Source: Eledone cirrhosa
Taxonomy: Eukaryota
Assembly (NCBI GenBank): GCA_964016885.1
Contig: OZ024741.1
Location: 45,446,001-45,510,000, forward strand
Direction: 5' to 3'
DNA: 64,000 bases
A program made the translations under genes and the position numbers. The notes under the pieces were generated by a model. That model was not told the DNA's origin and made no database searches. It worked only from the letters and a program-made list of their open reading frames with translations. This document shows, in pieces, positions 62,601 through 64,000 of this stretch (positions within the stretch are counted from its first letter, which is position 1; the number at the start of each line of letters is the position of its first letter).

Positions 62601-64000
62601 AGGATGTCAACCGAATCTTGTCCTAGCCCGTCAGCATTCATCTCCTCAGTGGCCGTATCTCTGTTCCAGGTATTATTTATCTCAGTATTCAGATCATTGT
62701 CCGCTTCGGGTGGTTCCTCCGTTCTCAGGACCTCCTCACCTTCATTTCCCGCCGGCTAGCTTGTCTGGCATACTACACCCGCCATCTCCAAGCCATTCTC
62801 TCTGCTCAGTTCCTCCAGTTCCAGCTCGCTTATCCACCCATTAGTTCTTATTACCCGAGCCTGCCCGGCCAATTTTTGTTCATCTAATTTAAATAAACCA
62901 ATCTCGTTCCAGATGTTATGCATCCGTCTCCTGTAGCCCCTCTCCTTGGGGTTACTTTTCAGGTAGCATTGCATAACAGTTCTATTCAATTCTTTCGTCC
63001 AGTTGGTTCTGGCCCCTTTCCTTCTTCTTCTTCCTCCAACATCAGCAGTATTTGGTTGACAGTCAGGTTCCTGCTGCTGAGCCAGGGGGCACCTGTTGGG
63101 TGAGAGTCTGTCACATGACGTTCTAGTCTCCATTTCACCGTTATTCGAACTGTTTATGTTCGATATTTAAACACTCTTATCGAGGATTGGCGAATGTATG
63201 TTTACATAGCCATCTGTGGATCCGCCATCCCACTTGGCCCTTGTGTGGCATTATCACCACGCTGTATACGGACACACATAAACAAACAAACACACGGGCA
63301 GAAAGGGCCCCAAAAATGAATAAGCATAAGTTTCATTGTAATGTAGTATTCGAATGTCTGACTTAGTTTTTGTTTTTTAAGTTTTACTTTTTCCCCCCTC
63401 TTCTCTGTCCGTCCGCCTGCTTCTCTCTTCATTCTTATTTTCTTTACGTTTTTGGGGTGTCTTTTTTTGTTTTTGTTTTTCTCTGTTTGTTTTTCTCGTT
63501 TTTTGCTGTTGTTGCTGTGCTGCTTTTGTTGTTTGTCTTTTCTTTTTTCTTTTGAGTCTATCTATCTATTTTGATGCCTTCCTCTTTGTTAGTAGTAGGA
63601 ATTCTATAATGTGGAAGTGGCAGCCAGCAGAGACTGGCGGCGTTGGCGATACTGAGACAGTGGTGGTGGTGATGTCGATACCGAGGCAGTGCTGGCGGTG
63701 ATGCGACCGTATTACTGTAGTGATGGTGCTGTAGCGGTGGCAGCAGCAGTGAAGGAGTCAAGGGGTGGTGGCGGCGGTGATGGGATAGTGGTGGTAATGA
63801 TGGCCGTAGTGAGCGGTGGCGGTGAAGGTGAAAATGCTGTTGTGTTTAGTGTACACAGATGATGGGGTGGGTGGTGTATCTAGTTTCTGGTGTTGGTGAG
63901 TTTCGCTGTCCTATATAGTGTAGCCAGAGGAGAGGAGGGGGGGGGGGGGTTCTTCTTCTTCCATTTATAGCCATTTTATTTTTTTGGGATATACAGTGTA
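59667..64000 (-). mobile_element. Dong family B copy 3 (runs off window)
   Basis: Colinear with copies 1 and 2. Confidence 0.93.
59742..62207 (-). CDS. Open 821-codon RT + CCHC + restriction-like endonuclease frame of Dong-B copy 3 (disconnected from N-terminal frame)
   Basis: WKSPGPDG, NYRPITCL, WIDYRKAFD, QGDSLSP, FMDD, CRICGEREETVAHIVSEC, RHD, RPDLVVVD..DVACP..EK..RYQDL. Confidence 0.88.
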   Translation of the reverse strand: MKQRIVAKSAKIRRYENRVSQYKQNRMFDNNQKMLFGQLEGKERGNDLIPGAEQAKTFWRGIWEQDVRHNAQAGWIETVQREIGEQAQQQTDLSITVETLKGQAKKLTNWKSPGPDGVQGYWIKNLTSLHPKLTAMFNDCLVSGEVPEWLTTGTTVLIMKDRIKGNDVTNYRPITCLPVMWKLLTSIVSEEIYHHLHTNNLLPDEQKGCRKKSRGTKDQLLIDKMVMGNCRRRHTDLAMGWIDYRKAFDMVPHSWITKSLEIFRVADNIRQLLGRSMGSWETELTSTGVSLGSVKIKRGIFQGDSLSPLLFVLALMPLTIMLRKVRAGYKLGRGELTINHLLFMDDLKLFGKSEKELDVLVDTVRIFSSDICMQFGIGKCGVIVMRRGRLSRSNGIQIPTGEMIKEIDSEEGYKYLGVLEADGIKNKNMKELLRTEYIRRVRSVLKSHLNSRNAISAVNSRAVSIIRYSAGILRWNVAEQKEMDRKTRKLLTIYNMFHKRSDVDRLYLRRSEGGRGLISIEDCVQMEKNNLYKYVTYSKEPMLRAVLKEGTVGQGISKEEITSRRKSSLKGKSLHSTFFEKTEFRDPQTWNWLRRGDLKKATEGMLMAAQEQALKTKWLKHHIYKEEASPLCRICGEREETVAHIVSECKHLAQTHYKGWRHDVMGRVIHWHLCKVNNLPHSEKWYEHRPEAVMENSQVKVLWDFRIQMDKKLEHNRPDLVVVDKEKRSCLIVDVACPFDTRVQEKEREKINRYQDLKWEVKRIWNCHEVKVIPIVIGALGTISKGFQGWLKKIGPFTLFGTLQNACLLGTARTLRYVLNI

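Overview
Animal genomic DNA, AT-rich and dense in (TA)n, (CA)n and (TTA)n microsatellites. The composition suggests a cephalopod such as Octopus, but that is inference only. No host gene is recognisable; nearly everything is retroelement-derived. 1-20 kb: a decayed Penelope-like element (RT + GIY-YIG) with minimal hammerhead motifs, an RTE-like LINE with a 5' inversion, a 5'-truncated Dong/R4-like LINE, a Tx1-like LINE inserted in (GATA)n with a 20-bp TSD, and seven fold-back inverted repeats. 20.4-64 kb: a continuous array of about 12 insertions joined almost only by (TTA)n tracts, built from two unrelated LINE types with near-strict polarity: Dong/R4-like (RT + CCHC + restriction-like endonuclease) on the minus strand and Tx1-like (ORF1 + APE-RT) on the plus strand. 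Most interesting: (i) two Dong families and two Tx1 families appear to share a homologous ~200-nt 5' head, suggesting cross-clade capture of a promoter/5' module; (ii) Dong-B appears to carry a spliceable ~1-kb 5'UTR intron; (iii) Tx1-A and Tx1-B have near-identical ORF2 but different ORF1, with a 52-nt GT-AG segment whose removal would fuse ORF1 to ORF2 in frame; (iv) a similar multi-hairpin pseudoknot precedes the ORF in both Dong families. All alignments were made by eye and family labels A/B/C are my own.
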